A stretch of 63,781 nt of DNA, filler included, from Klebsormidium nitens (lineage: Eukaryota > Plantae > Klebsormidiophyceae): assembly GCA_000708835.1 (NCBI GenBank). It is 6 parts of 6 records of this genome, joined end to end, with 100 filler letters (N's around TTAATTAATTAA, not from the genome) between each part and the next. Parts side by side here need not be neighbours in the genome. Positions count along the whole stretch, not along the records: positions 54,670 to 62,496 come from DF238273.1; positions 62,597 to 63,781 come from DF237601.1; 4 more parts are not named here. One strand, 5' to 3'. The notes beneath the pieces were generated by a model. The model saw only the letters and a program-made list of their open reading frames with translations, did no database searches and was not told where the DNA came from. The position numbers and the translations under genes are program-made. Shown here one piece after another: positions 58,401 through 63,781 of the stretch (the first letter of the stretch is position 1; each line of letters starts with the position of its first letter).

Positions 58401-58764
58401 CTCCCCGCTGTCCAATCTTCTCCAAACCCCGTTTCATCAACGCCTCTGCCCTCGCAGCTGAAGGATCTGAGTCGGAACTGGCTTGCGGTGCGGGATGGGG
58501 AGCACACTTCTCGTTCGGGCGGTTAGGCTGGAAGGCGTGCTTAGGTGCGCGCTCCGGCGGCTCCTCGGTGGTTGGTCGGAACGCCCCTCCTGGCTGCCCG
58601 GGCTTGGTGTTTGCGCACGCTGGAGTCGATCTGGGTGCGCGCTCAGGCATGCGCTTGGGCATGGTTTGGGTTGTGGGCTCGGGCTCGGGAGTCTTTGGCT
58701 CGTTACCATCTGCATAAGCGGAAAAGTACGATGCATCACATCCAGAAGAAATTCTGCTCTTCAA
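55452..58764 (-). pseudogene. Spliced OTU-like cysteine protease + TPR protein
   Basis: The upstream exon has VSPNGLCAFLAVA (Cys box) and QWNHPLGDAIAK before a GTGAG donor at 57624. The downstream exon has MADLLGVEIVIY..LYLRYNGVSHYNAY (His box), then TPR-like helices. The expected acceptor reads CAA, not CAG. Confidence 0.65.
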
Positions 58765-59636
58765 GATTAATGAACGGTGACTCTTTCAAGCGCGGCCACA
58801 ACTACAGTGCCAAGACAAAACTCAAGCCTGGAACCACTTTAACAAGCCGGTACACTCAGCAGTACGACTTGTTTGAAGGAAACGGTATGCATTTCAGTTT
58901 CTGAAGAAGCAAAGAACCAGAACGGAACATGGTGATTCCTGTTGCCCGATCAGTATTCGATATTCGAAAACGTCTTCCCAAGTATGACGATCAAAAAGAC
59001 TTTTTTGTCTTAGACTCAGTCATCTAGAAAAGGGAACATCAGAGCAGAATACATATATTCAAACATCTATCCGACCATTTAGTATGATCAAAGGAAGACC
59101 ACGCGTACCCAAGTCCATAGGGTCAGCATTCCTTGTATCGAAGCCCTGCTCCTCCGTTGGAAGCAGAAAAATCTCTGCCGTTTTCAGAGCAGGACGCCAT
59201 TTGGGCATCCCAAAGCGCCCCATCGGGATCCCCGTATCTCGATTGGACATCTGCCATGTGAGGAGGGTCAAAGAAGTGAAAACTTTCCAAAAGGCTCGGC
59301 TCGATGCAGATGTGATTCAAACCGCTCTTTGCCCTTTTCTTTCTCACGACAGGGCAAAGATTAGATCCCGAATTTCCATGATTCTCTCCATGCTGTCACT
59401 GCAGGACTTCCCTGGCGACAACCATCAAAACGACTTGTCCCTAGACTGAGAGGTAGCTAGCCAAGCTGATGTAAGCTTTTTTTCCAACTTTGAAAGTAAG
59501 ATGGTGAATTAAAACTATACCAAGGCGCCGCTTCGTGTTCGTCATTCTTGACTTTAACCAGAATTTCCGTGTCGACTTCTGTACATAACATCAATCATGA
59601 GTTATTCTTGACTCCAGATTGCTTTACCGTCTAATC

Positions 59637-60167
59637 TTATCCAAGGCAACCCCTTGTCCAGCAATTAGTGCATCTCATTCGAGACATTTGTGTTCTAGAG
59701 CTGTGATTGAAACGAATCCTCACCTCCATATTGCGACACTCATAGCACACGCTGTTGGTCCATAACACCGGCGTGCTTCCAGCCGGTTGACTGTCCGCGC
59801 ACTTGCGGCATGCGCAAAGGCTTTCATTGATGCTGTCGCTTTGACCCGGGCAGAAAGGAACCTCCGGCAATCCTCTGACTTCCACAGCTCTGTACGCGAA
59901 TTGAGCGTCCGAGACGGTCATGGGATGACCAGCCGCACACCAGCCAATGATGGTGTCGCCTCCCGGGTTGTTGGTAGAGTTGACAAGGCCAGCCAAGTCT
60001 TGGTGGTCGGCCTCGAAGAGCGGGCTGTCGCAGCAAGCACACGAGTAGAGGTCGAACTGGTACCATTGCTTCGCAACCTCCAAAGTTTGGCAAGCTGCAG
60101 CACGATTCCGTCGAAGTTCATTCAAAAAAGGGCTAGAATGAAAGTCACATGCATACAGGAGCTTCAC
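59637..60167 (-). CDS. Cys-rich (probably zinc-binding) ORF/exon, unknown family
   Basis: CACCDSP, WCAAGH, CACRKC, CYEC, CTNC spacing. Confidence 0.4.
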   Translation of the reverse strand: MKLLYACDFHSSPFLNELRRNRAAACQTLEVAKQWYQFDLYSCACCDSPLFEADHQDLAGLVNSTNNPGGDTIIGWCAAGHPMTVSDAQFAYRAVEVRGLPEVPFCPGQSDSINESLCACRKCADSQPAGSTPVLWTNSVCYECRNMEVRIRFNHSSRTQMSRMRCTNCWTRGCLG

Positions 60168-60612
60168 AACTTTAACGAAGATGTGAAGAGATCACACTTT
60201 TAGGAACCAACACGCCCACCGAATTGAAAGTGCCTCGATCGACGTCAAGATAGCATGTCATGCCAAAGGGACTTCAGAAATGTCTCACTGGCAGCTGATG
60301 CAGGTGGTGAACTTGTCGAGAACACAAAAAACGCCTCTTAAAAGATAGAGAAACCGCATTAGCGTGGTCCGAAAATCGATAACGGCAAACTCGAGTCCAC
60401 TGATCTAGCAAAAGAACCGCAGATTGCTGCCTCACAAGTTGCCTCAAGCAGTTATAGAGGAATGTTTGAATCAATTTGAGCTGGATTAGAAGCAAAGAAC
60501 CACATAGGGAGGAATGAAAGAAGAACGGTCCGTCTTGACTTCCTAAATGTAATTATTTCGCAAGAACTAGTTGATCAATTCACCGATTTATGCAGAACCA
60601 AACTGAGCTTGA

Positions 60613-60861
60613 TTAGCAAAAGAACCACAGCAGGGAGGAATGTAAAGAGGCCGGAAGTCGTCCAATCTCACCGTCATTGATGCTCTGAACGGCGTCCGCC
60701 TTGACTGGAAGCTTTTGACCGGATTGTTGCACCTTGTCAGGGTGAAAGCGAAGCAACCGTTCTCCCCTTGCCTTGCGGATATCGCCGCGGGAGTCTGTTC
60801 TTGAAGCTCCTAGCACGTTGTAGAATCGTAGAGAAGCGACAGCTAAGACTGCACTTGCCAT
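60613..60861 (-). CDS. J-domain (DnaJ-like) first exon
   Basis: FYNVLGAS..DIRKA..LRFHPDK, followed by a GTGAG donor-like site. Confidence 0.7.
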   Translation of the reverse strand: MASAVLAVASLRFYNVLGASRTDSRGDIRKARGERLLRFHPDKVQQSGQKLPVKADAVQSINDGEIGRLPASLHSSLLWFFC

Positions 60862-62205
60862 GCTGTCCTGAACACTGCAATATAATGGTTAACAACTTTA
60901 GATACTTCGAGGGCTCACCTTTTAAATCAACATCCTTTGACCGTAGCTCTAGCTGGTCGCTAAATAATAGAGACGAACCTTTTTGGATCAGATTTCAATG
61001 AACCGTCAAAAGTGATGCTATGATCGTTTGTTGAGCGACAACGCATTTATCCACAATGATAGAAGTGGTAGGTTTATGTCTATTGTTCACACCTTCAAGA
61101 ATCTGATCAATAACCCCGTCCACAGTGGGTGGCAGGGTAAATCACTTCGGCCCATTCATTGATGTTGGTTCAAGCCAGAGTGTTATCCATGACCCCTCCA
61201 CCTGAGGGAGTACTATTTGCTATCTAAACCCTTCCATTAGCCCCTAAACCACCTATGAATTTCGAATCCTTATCTGCTAATGGATGCTTAATTGTATAAA
61301 AGGTGTCGATCACGTTGGGAGACACACTGGCGTGCCGGCTGCTGCAAATCTGATTTGGCTCTTAATTAGGCAATGAAAAATGGGCTGAATAGAAGATTCC
61401 AGAGCTAGAGCAACCTGATTTTCAAGTGAATCGAGAGAAGAATGCACGCACCTTTGCAACCAACGACAAAGCCAAAACCACGCAAGACGTCTTGAGGCGG
61501 ATCCTATTCCAACCACTACAATTCTATAGTCTGTTCTAGTTCAAAACACAAGGGCACAAAGGATTTCTAAGCCTCCATACGAATCACATGCACTCTTCTC
61601 CGGCTGCACCATATATAAGCACTCAAACCTGCTCCTTACAATCACGATAACTTCTCTGGAAGGCTGAATGCTGAATGCAATTTCCACTACGATTGAAGAG
61701 CGCCTTCTCCATTCCTTGGCTCTACAGATGCAAGTTGTTTTTGTTAGCTAAGAAAGGCTCGTAGCTCGTACTGGTTTGTAGAAGGTAGACTCGTGCTAGA
61801 GCGGAAAACAACTTCTTCTTCAGCAGGCCATGTGTGTTTCATTGAGTCCTATCCGAGAAAATATCCCATGTCTCGAGGCTACGATCAATGATGGAGTTTG
61901 TTTAACCCTGGCCGAGTCATACTGCGTTCTTTGTCTTTTTCTTTATCTGTGTTCCACGTGGTTGGTGAACATGGGAACATGTTACCGTTCATTAATGCAT
62001 AGCCGAATCTCAATCATTAGATTCGATTCGGTGAATTACAAGGTGTACGGATCAAAAACGTACCCTAAAGAAAACCCTAACTCCGCAAATTCCTGTATGC
62101 TGACCATGGATGCGGTTTTGCCTCTAACTTGGGTTGCCGGTTGCTTCATGCTCGTCACACAGGATCTTGGGTCTAGCGTGAAGGGACGAGGCATAAGAAC
62201 CTATC

Positions 62206-62496
62206 TGTAACGATTACGACTGGTTAAGCCTAACCTCGTTCTCGACAGGATTTCGTTGACCTGCGGGTTAGCGAAACGGCGGTGGTTACGTCTTAACGAC
62301 GCACTGCGTGGCTGTCTGCAAGACGCCGTAATATCCCGAATGGATCGGCTTCTGTGAGCCGATGTCACCGTTCAGGATAAGTTGTGTTCGGCTTCGCCGT
62401 TCGATGCAGCCAAGCTTATCTGTGCTCTGCACAGCTTGCGTGGCTGGTCTTGTCAAAGGTAGTGGACAAGAGAGAGCTATACGAATAGCCGCATAA
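62206..62496 (+). repeat. 291-bp LTR-like segment; inverted copy of 46741-47031
   Basis: Starts TGTAACGATTACG and runs into a gap. Confidence 0.9.
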
Positions 62497-62601
62497 NNNN
62501 NNNNNNNNNNNNNNNNNNNNNNNNNNNNNNNNNNNNNNNNTTAATTAATTAANNNNNNNNNNNNNNNNNNNNNNNNNNNNNNNNNNNNNNNNNNNNAACG
62601 A

Positions 62602-63756
62602 GTGCGCAAAGCCCTCAAGGAGGCAGAGGTGTTCACCCCGGTCCGTAGCCTCACGCTCACGCAGGACGAGGCCGAAGCTGCCGCAGAGCGGGTCAGGGGT
62701 GTTTCGGAGTGGTTGCCTCGGCTCTCTGCGGTCCTCCGGGAAGCGCCGCCGCGCGTGTTCGACGAGCAGACGGTTCGGCACGTGCGGGGATTGGCCGTGC
62801 CGGAGGACAAGGGCGGCGTGCGAGAGTGTCGGCCGGGCTGCGAGTGCCGAGATCGTTTGGAGTTCAGGGAGGGGTCGGAGGAGGAGCTCGAGAGTGCCGC
62901 GCAGGCCGTGAAACGGTGCGCGGAGCCACCGCCGGTCACGGACGTCGAGCGAGGGGAGCGAGATTACGCCAGCAGGAGGGGTAAGGGCTTCGACGCGCAT
63001 CCGAAGGTGGACTTGTTTAGCACGGCCGAGCAGCCGGCGGACTCGTTCGAGGAGGGTTCGGTTCCGGTGTGCGTGGAGTGCGTGGGGTTGTGTGTGCACG
63101 GGGATAGCGGACCATCGCAATCGGCTCCGGTGCTCAGCCTCTTCGCCAAGGGCGTGCAGCGAACGGTGCCCAGGGTCCTCCGAGCGGACGAACGGGTCCA
63201 CGACCCCGTGATCATTGCTCTGAGGAACCCACTGCGGTTGAGCCAGATGGGGTACTCCGACTTTAAGGAGTTGGGCGCTGGGGGCAGACTCCTAGCCCCC
63301 TGCCCGAAAGCCCCACCACCTTGTCTCACGACGTGGAGGCTCACGCCGGAGAAGGGCGTCACTATCTACGACGCGCAGTGGACCCTCGAGACGCAGGTGT
63401 ACCACTACACGTGCGATTGCGACAAGAGGCACACGGTCCACTTTGACGGCGAGCACCTGAAGCTGTACACCCACAGCAGGGGCATCATCCTGACCCAGCG
63501 GTGCTGCGAGACGTTGCTGGCGGGCCTGCAGGTGGGTGACTTCGTCCCAGGTCCTCGTTCCGATTGTGAATTTCAAGGCAGTTGCCAAGTTACGAAGTTC
63601 CCCAGTCTCCTTGTAGATTGCAGCGTCAGTGAACAAAAGGCGAGGTTTATCGACGGGTTTTTTGAATCTGGGGGTAAGGGGGGAGGGAATGAGAGGGCTC
63701 GTCCACGTCAGCAGATTATTGTGTCTTGTAGAGGGACCCTGGGAGAGTTTCCTTAA
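62602..63756 (+). CDS. CxC cysteine-cluster N-terminal region of a second KDZ-type transposase (5' end in gap; probable donor at 63532)
   Basis: PCPKAPPPC..W..VTIYD..VYHYTCDC..HTVHFDGEHLKLY..ILTQ parallels the DG(V/L)FN..L.S region that opens the 47630 ORF. Confidence 0.6.
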   Translation: MRKALKEAEVFTPVRSLTLTQDEAEAAAERVRGVSEWLPRLSAVLREAPPRVFDEQTVRHVRGLAVPEDKGGVRECRPGCECRDRLEFREGSEEELESAAQAVKRCAEPPPVTDVERGERDYASRRGKGFDAHPKVDLFSTAEQPADSFEEGSVPVCVECVGLCVHGDSGPSQSAPVLSLFAKGVQRTVPRVLRADERVHDPVIIALRNPLRLSQMGYSDFKELGAGGRLLAPCPKAPPPCLTTWRLTPEKGVTIYDAQWTLETQVYHYTCDCDKRHTVHFDGEHLKLYTHSRGIILTQRCCETLLAGLQVGDFVPGPRSDCEFQGSCQVTKFPSLLVDCSVSEQKARFIDGFFESGGKGGGNERARPRQQIIVSCRGTLGEFP

Positions 63757-63781
63757 AGGATCCCTTAGTGATGTATAGAAC

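Noticed and set aside
46741-62496. Calling 46.7-62.5 kb a Polinton/Maverick with TIRs
   Set aside because: No pPolB, rve integrase, ATPase or capsid is seen, and the repeat's inner ends look like LTR termini. Kept only as an alternative hypothesis.

Overview
Eukaryotic nuclear DNA, most likely a streptophyte green alga (Klebsormidium-like; inferred from the GC-rich spliced genes and the TE repertoire). It is a gapped draft scaffold with N-runs and artificial TTAATTAATTAA spacers. Only two clear host genes are visible, head-to-head in a GC-rich island: RPL19 (5 exons, minus strand, intact 216 aa) and a spliced coiled-coil gene resembling Arabidopsis At5g08440/At5g23490. The rest is nested mobile DNA. 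There is a full-length decayed Ty1/Copia element (4795-10457, TSD ACTTC, half-tRNAiMet-type PBS), a truncated sister Copia, several solo or partial LTRs and MITEs, and a decayed Ty3/Gypsy element with the order [4x unrecognised repeat domain]-protease-C5 DNA methyltransferase-RT-RNaseH-integrase-PHD. From 47 kb to the end lies a compact virus-like/transposon cluster: XPA-like zinc-finger ORF, intact KDZ-type transposase, Prim-Pol + D5/SF3 primase-helicase (reconstructable across one stop codon and an LTR insertion), Polinton-like-virus/virophage-type tyrosine recombinase, OTU+TPR gene, J-domain and Cys-rich ORFs, and a second CxC/KDZ ORF. No capsid, packaging ATPase or pPolB is visible. All family assignments are by-eye motif recognition; no searches were run.
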